In this document: piece after piece, positions 29,570 to 38,449 of the stretch
Layout of the letters: each line of letters opens with the position of its first letter
How positions within the stretch are numbered: the first letter of the stretch is position 1
Assembly: GCA_963675755.2 (NCBI GenBank)
Contig: CAXXMD010000003.1
Coordinates: 1,408,001 to 1,472,000 of the forward strand
Reading direction: 5' to 3'
From: a bacterium
GTDB lineage: Bacteria; Zhuqueibacterota; Zhuqueibacteria; Residuimicrobiales; Krinioviventaceae
DNA length: 64,000 bases
Made by a program: the position numbers and the translations under genes
Notes under the pieces: generated by a model
Told to the model about the DNA's origin: nothing
Databases searched by the model: none
The model's input: the letters and a program-made list of their open reading frames with translations, nothing else

Positions 29570-30970
29570 TTATTCTAATCCCGGAACACCCGGTTGGGTG
29601 AGTTTTTCAGCGGTAAAGATCTTGTCGATTTGTTCTTTGGTGAGAATTTCGTCTTCTTCCACAACCTGCAAAATGGTTTTCCCCGTTTTAAGCGATTTCT
29701 TCATCACTTCCGCGGCTTGATCATACCCAATGATCACGTTCAGCACCGTAGCGAGTCCCAGCGTATTTTCGAAAAAGTGACGGGTCTGGTCCTCATTGAC
29801 TTTAATGCCCTTGACTGCTTTTTCCGTAAACGCGGTTACGGCATTGGTCAAGATCTCCATGGAGGTGAGTATATTGTGAATAATCACCGGCATCATTACA
29901 TTCAGCTCCAGCTGTCCGGCCTGTGCCGCCATGGTAACGGTAAAATCATTTCCAATAACCTGAAAACAGACCATATTCAGCATTTCCGCCATTACGGGAT
30001 TCACCTTGCCGGGCATAATAGAAGATCCGGGTTGAACGGCCGGAAGTACAATCTCGTTCATACCGGTATTGGGTCCCGAGCTGAGCAGCCTGAAATCGTT
30101 GGCAATGCGGGTCAGTTCCAACGCACAGGTTTTCAGCGATGCGGAAAACTGGGCAAAGGAGCGCATACTCTGCATGGACTCGAACAGGTTGGCGCTGGCA
30201 CTCAAGGGCGATCCCAGAAAAGCTGCCAATGCCATGGTCACCTGGTGCCGATAATTGGGATGCGTATTGAGACCCGAGCCGGCAGCACTGCCGCCAATTC
30301 CCAGTTCGCGCAGTTCGTCCGATGCGGATTTGACATGTCGAATACATCGGTTCACAGTGCGCGCGTACGCGGCAAATTCCTGTCCCAGGGTCACGGGTAC
30401 GGCATCCTGCAAATGGGTACGGCCGCTCTTTATCACATTCTTAAACTCGTTGGATTTTTGTCCCAGCTCCTCTCCCAGATCATATAATCCTTTGATCAAG
30501 ATGGGCAGGGAGCGGAGAATTGCCAAACGCATGGCGGTTGGAAACACATCGTTAGTAGACTGACCAAAATTAACATGATCATTGGGGTGCACCTTGGCGT
30601 ATTCACCTTTTTTTCCACCCAGCAGTTCTATTGCGCGGTTGGCAATCACTTCATTCGCGTTCATATGATGCGAGGTACCAGCGCCGGCCTGGTACACATC
30701 CACCACAAACTGCTCGTGATACTTGCCTTCCATCACTTCAATAGCGGCTTTTTCTATAGCGTTTCCCAATTCCGGCTTTAACAATCCCAGATCGGTGTTC
30801 ACCCTGGCAGCAGCGGCTTTAATCGCTGCCGTAGCCCAGATAAAATTGGGATGCGCGTGCAGCCCGCTAATGGGAAAATTGTCTACCGCTCGTTGTGTTT
30901 GCACTCCATAATACGCGTCAGCAGGGACCTCCACGGGCCCCAGTGAATCTTTTTCGGTACGGGTTTTCAT
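29570..30970 (-). CDS. aspA: Aspartate ammonia-lyase (aspartase/class II fumarase superfamily)
   Basis: 'GSSIMPGKVNP' signature, 'QAGAGTSHHMNANEVIAN', 'QSTNDVFPTA', 'GRTHLQDAVP', 'GQLELNVM'. fumC cannot be fully excluded. Confidence 0.8.
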   Translation of the reverse strand: MKTRTEKDSLGPVEVPADAYYGVQTQRAVDNFPISGLHAHPNFIWATAAIKAAAARVNTDLGLLKPELGNAIEKAAIEVMEGKYHEQFVVDVYQAGAGTSHHMNANEVIANRAIELLGGKKGEYAKVHPNDHVNFGQSTNDVFPTAMRLAILRSLPILIKGLYDLGEELGQKSNEFKNVIKSGRTHLQDAVPVTLGQEFAAYARTVNRCIRHVKSASDELRELGIGGSAAGSGLNTHPNYRHQVTMALAAFLGSPLSASANLFESMQSMRSFAQFSASLKTCALELTRIANDFRLLSSGPNTGMNEIVLPAVQPGSSIMPGKVNPVMAEMLNMVCFQVIGNDFTVTMAAQAGQLELNVMMPVIIHNILTSMEILTNAVTAFTEKAVKGIKVNEDQTRHFFENTLGLATVLNVIIGYDQAAEVMKKSLKTGKTILQVVEEDEILTKEQIDKIFTAEKLTQPGVPGLE

Positions 30971-30979
30971 GTATCCCTC

Positions 30980-32251
30980 CTATTTGTCTTCCACCTGGTA
31001 ACCGGCATCCTGTACGGCGGTTACCAACTGGTCCCATGCTACCCCATTATCATGATAGACAACAACATTTTTGCTTTTCAGGTCCACTTTTACCTGTTCA
31101 ACGCCCTCTACACCTTCGAGCGCTTTTTGAACATGGCTGACACAATTGTTACAGGTCATATTGGGTACACTGAAATCGCTTTGTTTTTCTGCATGCGGCA
31201 TGGAAACATCCTCTTTTTGTTTATTAAAAAATCTACTGAATTTTAAATTGATATATACCAGCAATCCCACCAACAGAGCTGCTGAACCCAGCTCCAGCCA
31301 GTGCGGCAGCATTTGATGGTGCATATGCTCGGTAAAGGTATAACCCAACTGCCAGCGCGACCAGATAAAGTCAAGCAGCAGCCCCAGTCCCAAACTGGAC
31401 AAAATCAGGGTTACCAGATAAATGGCCGTGGTCTTTTTCCCCAGATACTGGCCAATCACCGTAATGGTTACAGCATTGGTTGCCGGACCCGCCAGCAGCA
31501 ATACAAACGCGGCACCGGGATTCAAGCCCTTCATCATCAATGCGGCGGCAATGGGTATTGAGCCCGTGGCACAAACATACAATGGTACGCTAAACGCCAG
31601 TACAATCAACATGGACTGCCAGGGAGCTGTAAATTTCTCCTGAAAGAAATCTGCCGGAATCAAATACGAGATCAAACCGCCAATTAAAATACCGATCATC
31701 AACCACTTGCCAATCTCGCTGAGCAGATCAATAAACGCGTATTTAAATACCCGTTTGGCTCGTCCGACAAATGAGAGCTTTTCAGGTGCAACCTCTTTAC
31801 CAGTACTGCCCATTGCCTGACCTTCTTCCGGACTCTCCAGCAGGTTCGCCGTCAATCCGGAAAAGATACCGGCGAAAAAACTGGCAATAACCCGGTACAC
31901 GGCAAACACTGGTCCCAGCAAGGAGTAGGTGGCAAATATAGAATCCACTCCTGTTGTGGGTGTGGCGATGAGAAAAGACAATACCGATCCTCTGCTAGCA
32001 CCGGCTTTACGCAATGCCATTGTGGGCGGAATAACACCGCACGAACACAGGGGAAGCGGTATTCCAAACAATGCGGCTTTGACAACCGATCCCATCGAAC
32101 TTTTGCCCAAATGCTTTGCTATCTGTTCCGCTGAAATAAACTCTTTGAGCAGGCCTGCTGCAAGAAATCCGAAAATTAAATACGGTCCCATTTCCGCAAG
32201 CAAATCAAAAGAGCTTTTTAATATGCCATATACAAATTCAAAAACTATCAT
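30980..32251 (-). CDS. SO_0444/ArsP_1-family metal permease with C-terminal HMA domain
   Basis: 'GIPLPLCSCGVIP', 'PLYVCATGSIP', 'LLAGPATN'; C-terminal 'MTCNNC' HMA motif. Confidence 0.9.
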   Translation of the reverse strand: MIVFEFVYGILKSSFDLLAEMGPYLIFGFLAAGLLKEFISAEQIAKHLGKSSMGSVVKAALFGIPLPLCSCGVIPPTMALRKAGASRGSVLSFLIATPTTGVDSIFATYSLLGPVFAVYRVIASFFAGIFSGLTANLLESPEEGQAMGSTGKEVAPEKLSFVGRAKRVFKYAFIDLLSEIGKWLMIGILIGGLISYLIPADFFQEKFTAPWQSMLIVLAFSVPLYVCATGSIPIAAALMMKGLNPGAAFVLLLAGPATNAVTITVIGQYLGKKTTAIYLVTLILSSLGLGLLLDFIWSRWQLGYTFTEHMHHQMLPHWLELGSAALLVGLLVYINLKFSRFFNKQKEDVSMPHAEKQSDFSVPNMTCNNCVSHVQKALEGVEGVEQVKVDLKSKNVVVYHDNGVAWDQLVTAVQDAGYQVEDK

Positions 32252-32255
32252 TTTA

Positions 32256-33215
32256 TTACAATCCTACTTGTTTTATTGCTTCTTTTAACGTTTCTGCCGA
32301 ACGTTGTAATCCCTTTAATTCGGAATCATCAAGCGGCAGTTTGATGCGTTCAACTACACCATTACGGTCCAGCTTTGTGGGTACGCTCAAGCACACATCA
32401 CCAATACCATAGTAATCATCAATCAAACTTGAAACGGTCATGATCGAATTCTGGTCACGCACAATACTCTCTAATATAGTCAAAGTTGCCATTCCAATTG
32501 CGTGATATGTGGCGCCTTTTTTCTCAATCAAGTGATATGCGGCGGTCCTTACTTGTTCAAATATCTCATTACGTGGTATACCTCCGCATTGTTTACTGCA
32601 ATTGTTACAGAAATCATCCAGTTTTACACCACTGATCTGAGCCAAACTCCATACCGCCACTTCGCTGTCTCCATGTTCACCAATAATATATGCATGCACA
32701 TTTCGTGAATCCACTCTACAATGCTGGCTGAGCAGATAACGAAAACGGGCGCTGTCAAGCGAGGTGCCGGACCCAATTACGCGGTTTACCGGATAATCCG
32801 AGAACTTAACTGCTGCATAGGTCAACACATCAACAGGATTTGACACAACGATCAATATAGCATCCTTTGTGTATTGGGTAATCGAAGGGATAATTTTGCT
32901 ATAAATATCCACATTCTTTTTGGTAAGATCCAAACGGGTTTCACCCGGTTTCTGTGCTGCGCCTGCGGTTATTACCACTACATCCGCGCTTGCACAATCC
33001 TCATAGTCGCCCGCATATACATGCGCGGGACGTACATAGGGTAATCCATGACTCATATCTTCGGCCTGGCCCTCAGCCAAACCCCTATTTTGATCTATCA
33101 ACACAATTTCAGATGCCAGTCCACGCATCAATAATGCATAGGCAAAGGTGGAACCCACCTGGCCGGCTCCGACGATACAAACTTTGAGTGAATGTTTACT
33201 GATATCGTTTTTCAT
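32256..33215 (-). CDS. ldh: L-lactate dehydrogenase
   Basis: 'GAGQVG', 'TAGAAQKPGETRLDL' (Gln specificity residue), 'LDSARFR', 'IIGEHGDS'. Confidence 0.95.
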   Translation of the reverse strand: MKNDISKHSLKVCIVGAGQVGSTFAYALLMRGLASEIVLIDQNRGLAEGQAEDMSHGLPYVRPAHVYAGDYEDCASADVVVITAGAAQKPGETRLDLTKKNVDIYSKIIPSITQYTKDAILIVVSNPVDVLTYAAVKFSDYPVNRVIGSGTSLDSARFRYLLSQHCRVDSRNVHAYIIGEHGDSEVAVWSLAQISGVKLDDFCNNCSKQCGGIPRNEIFEQVRTAAYHLIEKKGATYHAIGMATLTILESIVRDQNSIMTVSSLIDDYYGIGDVCLSVPTKLDRNGVVERIKLPLDDSELKGLQRSAETLKEAIKQVGL

Positions 33216-33358
33216 TATATTTTACCTTTCCATTTATTCGATCCAGAACCATTACAACAACATTTAAAAGCGCATTAATCCATTGATTTTATGAACGAAA
33301 TGCTTGATAGTTTCAAAAAATTCATTAATTTAAATGTTGGTTTTTTAGAGGTAATACA

Positions 33359-33979
33359 ATGGTACGACTGCATGTAAATCCAATCAATCCGCAAAAGAGA
33401 CACATCGAAAGCACTGCTGAAGTGCTTCGCGAAGGAGGTCTCATTATCTATCCCACAGATACGGTATATGGTCTGGGATGCGATCTCTATAACAAAAAAG
33501 CTGTTGAACGTATTTACCAGATCAAGGGGATGAAAAAAAAGAAAACCCTTAGCTTTATTTGTCCCGATTTGAAAGACATTTCCCGTTACGCCCACGTATC
33601 CACCCCGGCGTACAAGATCATGCGGCGTCTGTTACCGGGTCCGTATACGTTTATTTTACCGGCAACCCGGGAAGTACCCAAAATCCTGCTGGAAAACAGA
33701 AAAACCATCGGTATCCGTGTTCCGGATAACACTATCTGCCACGACTTGCTCGACGCTTTTGGCGGTCCCATTATCAGTACCAGTGCGGCATTGCCGGATC
33801 AGCCCTATCAGAACGATCCTGATGATATTGAAGACCATTTTCAACATTTTGTAGATATATTTCTGGATGCTGGTGAAGGGGGACTTGATCCCTCAACAAT
33901 ATTGGATATGAATGGAGACACCTTTGAGGTCATCCGCGAGGGAAAAGGATATGACAGCGAGGTATTTCGCTCGCTGTAA
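33359..33979 (+). CDS. Sua5/YciO/YrdC-family protein (YciO-like)
   Basis: 'IIYPTDTVYGLGCD', 'LLPGPYTFIL', 'TIGIRVPD', 'ISTSA'. Confidence 0.9.
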   Translation: MVRLHVNPINPQKRHIESTAEVLREGGLIIYPTDTVYGLGCDLYNKKAVERIYQIKGMKKKKTLSFICPDLKDISRYAHVSTPAYKIMRRLLPGPYTFILPATREVPKILLENRKTIGIRVPDNTICHDLLDAFGGPIISTSAALPDQPYQNDPDDIEDHFQHFVDIFLDAGEGGLDPSTILDMNGDTFEVIREGKGYDSEVFRSL

Positions 33980-34459
33980 CTAGACCTCTACAATTTCTGC
34001 AGTATTGCTTTGGGTGTCCCACAATGCCAGGGTACATTTACCGGTCAACCAACCACATAATTCACCCGGATTCACAACCAGGGTATCTTTTTCTTTACTC
34101 ACTTCAATTTCATGAATATGTCCGTACAATACCAGATCATATTTCTCAGATTTGCGCAAATCATCCATTACTATAGGTGCATGGAGCATAAGTACTTTGC
34201 GTCCGTCAAGGGTGATTTCGTGCGGTGGATCAAAAATGATCCCTTTGAACATAGAGCTGAGCCCCAGGCGTTCACCATCATTGTTACCGAACACAATAGT
34301 TAGCGGAGCATCCAGGTTTTTCAAAGCCTTGTTCACAAAGGGTGCAACCAGATCTCCGGCATGCAGCACATGGTCTACTTTTTTCTTATTACAAAATTCA
34401 ACTGCCCGATGGAGTGCGTCCATATTATCGTGACTGTCGGACATGAGCGCTACTTTCAT
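33980..34459 (-). CDS. YfcE/MJ0936-type metallophosphoesterase
   Basis: 'SDSHDN', 'HAGD', 'GNND', 'GHIH', 'VNPGE'. Confidence 0.92.
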   Translation of the reverse strand: MKVALMSDSHDNMDALHRAVEFCNKKKVDHVLHAGDLVAPFVNKALKNLDAPLTIVFGNNDGERLGLSSMFKGIIFDPPHEITLDGRKVLMLHAPIVMDDLRKSEKYDLVLYGHIHEIEVSKEKDTLVVNPGELCGWLTGKCTLALWDTQSNTAEIVEV

Positions 34460-34658
34460 ATCAATTTCCTCAGGTTTATTCTTTTCTTACTGCATACAAC
34501 AACACAGTACCGTGGAATCTTTCAATAAAATATTGGAATAGTAAATATAATATTTATATTACAGAAATGAAAAAATAATTTCCATTTTAACGGTTTGATA
34601 TCATTAACCATAGATAAAAGCCAATAAAGAACATTGGCTACATAAAGATTTTTATAAT

Positions 34659-34690
34659 TAGCCACGGATTGACACAGATCAACACGGATT
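34659..34690 (+). repeat. Family-A triplet repeat upstream of the GxxExxY gene
   Basis: TA-GCCACGGATT-GACACAGATC-AACACGGATT: three 10-bp units with a CAC(A/G)GAT core. Confidence 0.88.
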
Positions 34691-34758
34691 CTATTAACGA
34701 TTTATTGTTGCTCTTTCTAGAAAGATTTTGATTTAACAAATAATAATTGGGGGATTAA

Positions 34759-35121
34759 ATGGAACATAAAGAAATTACAGAATCCATTATTGGCTCAGCT
34801 TTTGAAGTTTATAATACGCTTGGATTCGGGTTCCTTGAAAAAGTTTATCAAAAAGCAATGCAGGTTGAATTGATTAAAAGAGGTCATCAGGCAGAAACCG
34901 AACACCCTGTCAAAGTATTTTATAAAAACATAACTGTAGGTGAGTATTTTGTAGATTTATTTGTTGATAATCTGGTTATTGTCGAATTCAAAATTGCTGC
35001 TATCTATAATTCTAAAGATGAGAGCCAATTATTAAATCTTTTAAAAGCAACAGGAATCAAAGTAGGATTACTCATCAATTTTGGAAAAACAGAAGTAGAA
35101 TTCAAAAGATTTGTATATTAA
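34759..35121 (+). CDS. GxxExxY protein (PD-(D/E)XK nuclease-like)
   Basis: 'GFGFLEKVYQKAM' (GxxExxY), 'VDLFVDNLVIVEFK' (D..ExK), 'QLLNLLKATG..VGLLINFG'. Confidence 0.93.
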   Translation: MEHKEITESIIGSAFEVYNTLGFGFLEKVYQKAMQVELIKRGHQAETEHPVKVFYKNITVGEYFVDLFVDNLVIVEFKIAAIYNSKDESQLLNLLKATGIKVGLLINFGKTEVEFKRFVY

Positions 35122-35173
35122 ATCTGTATCATTCTGCTTGTCTGTATTTGATGAATGTAGGTCTGTAACCCTA

Positions 35174-35405
35174 AAAATTTTTTTTTAGCTACGGATTAAC
35201 ACGGATCTTTACAGATAAAAACATAACATATTCCTTGGAATTTTTGTTGCTTGTTTTTATTAACGACCACAAATTGAATATCACTTGAATCTTTTTTATC
35301 TCGTGTGGTAGAGAATATCTGGTTTTCTATAAGTTCAAGTAATTTCAGGATTAAATTGTTTTTTATCCGTGTTAATCCGTGAAAATCTGTGGCTAAAAAT
35401 TTTTT
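35174..35405. repeat. REPIN-like inverted doublet of family-A repeats
   Basis: Forward TAGCTACGGATTAACACGGATCTTTACAGATAAAA (35186-35220) and reverse TTTTATCCGTGTTAATCCGTGAAAATCTGTGGCTA (35361-35395), each flanked outward by A/T tracts. Confidence 0.85.
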
Positions 35406-35502
35406 AAATTAATAATACCTCAAGATCATTGTATTAAATTCATTTTAATGATATAAAGAGAATAATTATAACATCTTGATAAATAAACCCAGGAGAGCAA
35501 GC

Positions 35503-37716
35503 ATGAAATATTTCTACGCTATACTTTTGATACTGTTCACAGCATTTTCACTATACGCAATAGTACCGGGATCGGTAACAGACGATCCCTTTATTCAGGA
35601 AGTCCATATACCGTTTCCACTGGATAATGATGCCGCCAACGACGTTCGTTCGGTTGCAGTCGATACAGATGGCAAGATCTGGGCCGCAACCCGGGAAGGC
35701 ATCTATTCTCTCGAGTCAGGTACCTGGAAGTCCTGGTCTACTGGAGAAAACAAGGGGCCCGCTTATGATATTTCTGTCGCAAAAGACGGCTCTCTCTGGA
35801 TCGGTGCCTGGAACGGTGCATATCTTTTAAAAAATGACAACCTCTCCAAAATTGAGGGCATCGACTCGCCGGTTAGCGTGATTCGTGCATACGACGAGGT
35901 TATCGCATTAGGACCCAAAGGCCAGTGGAAAATCACCGGCAACAGCGCAAAGGCACTGAATTGGGATATAGCCCTGTCAGCAAGGGACATGATCAAAGAT
36001 GTGAATAAAGGATACTGGATCAGCACAGATGTCGGCTTGTTTTACAAAACAGAGTCCGATACAAAATTCATTCAAAATGTTGAAAACCTGGTGGGTAACG
36101 CCCTGACTTCTCTTGCCTGGTCGCAAGACAAAACCTTGTGGATTGGCGGACTGGGTGGTATTACCCTCTATCGTAATGGCAAACGTGTAGGTCACCTGAC
36201 CCACAAAGAAGGATTGATCAGTATTGACGTATACTGTCTTGAAAGCGCACCGGATGGCGCCATGTGGGTGGGCACTAAACAGGGTATTGCCCGATACAAC
36301 AATCTGGAGTGGTCCATGCGTTACAGCCGAAGATGGCTGTTGGACAATGAAGTTCGGGATATTGCTTTTGATGGGGCAGGTAATGCCTGGGTTGCCACTG
36401 CCGGTGGTGTGAGTAAAATTGAACGCCGTACAATAACCATGGCACAAAAAGCCGACTATTACCAGCGTATTCTGGAAGATCGTCATATACGTCCCCCCTA
36501 TATTGTAGAAAAAATTAACCTGATGTCTCCCGGAGATACCACCAAATGGGAACCCCGCGATGATGACAATGACGGACAGTACACCAGCATGTACCTGGCC
36601 ATGGAAAGCTACCGCTACCAGGTTACCAATAACCCAAAAGCCAAAGACAATGCTAAAAAAGCATTTGATGCTTTGAAATATTTACAAACCGTAACCGAGA
36701 CAGATGGTTTTTTTGCACGCACAGTGGTTCCTGTTGAATGGAACCGCATGATGGATCCCAACCATGTCTTTACTCCGCAGGAACAGGCGGACAGGCTGGT
36801 AGACAATGCCCGCCAGAAATATGTTCCGGAATTGTGGCGGTTGTCCAGTGACGGCAAATGGTACTGGAAAGGCGATACAAGCAGCGATGAAGTAACCGGC
36901 CACATGTATGGCTATTTCATTTATTATGATCTCATTGCAAAATATGATAAAAAAGAAAAGAAACGCGTTGCCGACCATGTCTGCAAAATTGTGGACTATA
37001 TCATTGATGGCGGTTACAATTTTATCGATATTGACGGCACCCATACCAAATGGGGTGTATGGGCACCTGATAAACTGAACGGTTCTCCTGATTGGTCTAC
37101 GGAGCAATATATCAACTCTACCGAACTGCTTTCTTATCTCAAACTGGCATATGTCGTCAGTGGTGACCAAAAATATCAGGACAAATATCTGGAGCTGATC
37201 CACAAACACGGCTACCTGGAAAATGCCCGTCACGCACGTTCAACCAATCCTACATTCATCACCCATATTGACGATGAGCTGTTGGCTCTGGCTTATCCCG
37301 TATTGCTAATGTATGAAAAAGATCCCGAGATCCTCAAAGTCTATCGTCAGAGCGTAAACCGCTGGCACCGCACCAATGAAGCGGACAACAGCCCGTATTT
37401 CAACTTTACCTACGCGGCGCTGACCGGTTACGATCCCAATCTTGACAAATCCATTGCCTACCTGCGTGACGTATCGCTCGACCTGGTGGGCTGGGATATG
37501 GATCTGAGCAAGCGTGAAGATCTGAACATCATCCGTTACCCCGAGTTTGAGAACCAGATGATTGACCGCATGGTCCCCCCCAGTGAATTGATGGTTCTGC
37601 GCTGGGACCGGAATCCCTGGTACGCCAAACGCGGCTATGGCGGCCGTATTGAAAGCGACGGCGTTTTCTGGCTGCTGCCCTACTGGATGGGCCGCTATTA
37701 CGGATTGATCAAGTAG
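35503..37716 (+). CDS. Secreted protein: two-component-regulator-type beta-propeller repeats plus C-terminal (alpha/alpha) glycosidase-like domain
   Basis: RBS AGGAG; signal peptide; repeated 'D.DG.IW..T..G' blades; acidic motifs 'DDDNDGQYTSMYLA' and 'WKGDTSSDEVTGH'. Confidence 0.75.
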   Translation: MKYFYAILLILFTAFSLYAIVPGSVTDDPFIQEVHIPFPLDNDAANDVRSVAVDTDGKIWAATREGIYSLESGTWKSWSTGENKGPAYDISVAKDGSLWIGAWNGAYLLKNDNLSKIEGIDSPVSVIRAYDEVIALGPKGQWKITGNSAKALNWDIALSARDMIKDVNKGYWISTDVGLFYKTESDTKFIQNVENLVGNALTSLAWSQDKTLWIGGLGGITLYRNGKRVGHLTHKEGLISIDVYCLESAPDGAMWVGTKQGIARYNNLEWSMRYSRRWLLDNEVRDIAFDGAGNAWVATAGGVSKIERRTITMAQKADYYQRILEDRHIRPPYIVEKINLMSPGDTTKWEPRDDDNDGQYTSMYLAMESYRYQVTNNPKAKDNAKKAFDALKYLQTVTETDGFFARTVVPVEWNRMMDPNHVFTPQEQADRLVDNARQKYVPELWRLSSDGKWYWKGDTSSDEVTGHMYGYFIYYDLIAKYDKKEKKRVADHVCKIVDYIIDGGYNFIDIDGTHTKWGVWAPDKLNGSPDWSTEQYINSTELLSYLKLAYVVSGDQKYQDKYLELIHKHGYLENARHARSTNPTFITHIDDELLALAYPVLLMYEKDPEILKVYRQSVNRWHRTNEADNSPYFNFTYAALTGYDPNLDKSIAYLRDVSLDLVGWDMDLSKREDLNIIRYPEFENQMIDRMVPPSELMVLRWDRNPWYAKRGYGGRIESDGVFWLLPYWMGRYYGLIK

Positions 37717-37734
37717 TTATTATTTCTTTTTTTC

Positions 37735-37813
37735 ATCCGTGTCGATCTGTGAGGATCTGTGGCTATTATAAAATTGTTTTCAGCCACGGATTGTCACAGA
37801 TCATCACGGATAA
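37735..37813. repeat. Family-A inverted doublet (reverse then forward copy, short spacer)
   Basis: ATCCGTGTCGATCTGTGAGGATCTGTGGCTA ... CAGCCACGGATTGTCACAGATCATCACGGATAA, 19 nt after a stop codon. Confidence 0.88.
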
Positions 37814-37888
37814 TACCTAAAACAACCTCCTTTGTAGCCTCTGCTGCTTTAGTATTTTTTATCCTTTTTCACACTTTTTTAAATGACA

Positions 37889-38110
37889 TGATCACCGGGT
37901 GTCTATATTCCAGACGGAATGATACCACCGGACATGTATCCGGTTCTCCGGGGCGAATGTCCCGATGTTAACTCCGCCCGGACCCTGAGTTCGAACGAGT
38001 CCGCTGTCTCTTAGCGGACGAGTGAGAGTATCGAAGGGCCGGGAGGAAAAACAATATGAATATGATCTCCAGGTATGAATTCTTGCCGGCACTCTGGTAC
38101 CGGACGATCA
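37889..38110 (+). mobile_element. 222-bp MITE/REPIN-like element (family C), copy 1
   Basis: Same length as, and near-identical in the centre to, 40183..40404; ends TGATCACCGG...CCGGACGATCA. Confidence 0.7.
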
Positions 38111-38200
38111 AGGTACAACTATCAGACACCTGACAAGGCCTTCGCTTAAATCATCAACCCTAACAAAACCATAATCTATCAATTAGCATTCAAACCTAAA

Positions 38201-38277
38201 TGCCCCGTTAGGGACAAAATATTTATAGAACTGTAAAAATGAGAATTCGCATGCCGTCAGGTATGCAATATCGTAGA
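38201..38277 (+). repeat. Pair of short REP-like hairpins (family D)
   Basis: TGCCCC-GTTA-GGGACA-AAATATTTATAGA and GCATGCC-GTCA-GGTATGC-AATATCGTAGA share a GT(T/C)A loop and an AATAT..TAGA tail. Confidence 0.55.
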
Positions 38278-38449
38278 GTTTTATCATATATAAAAACCGT
38301 GAAATCCTGTTTTTTTTCATATTGACTATTATATTCTCAATCATTAATTTTTAAAAATGGTGGGATTAAAACAACTTTTCATGGGTCTCTAATTCTCTTA
38401 AATCATTAAATTTTAATACCGTACTATTTTTATAAACAAAAGGATTTCC

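Noticed and set aside
29594-30487. 297-aa antisense ORF inside aspA (likewise 49294..50010, 53053..53574, 43560..44255)
   Set aside because: Shadow ORFs opposite well-supported genes, with no protein motifs.
35186-35410. Stop-free minus-strand frame across the REPIN-like doublet
   Set aside because: No convincing start codon or RBS and no recognisable protein similarity; probably chance.
34659-37813. Family-A repeats as a CRISPR array
   Set aside because: Units are 10-bp triplets in both orientations, dispersed, with no regular repeat-spacer period and no cas genes in the window.
37759-38092. Short ORFs 37759..37971 (+) and 37892..38092 (-)
   Set aside because: They lie within repeat elements, have no evident RBS and no recognisable protein features.
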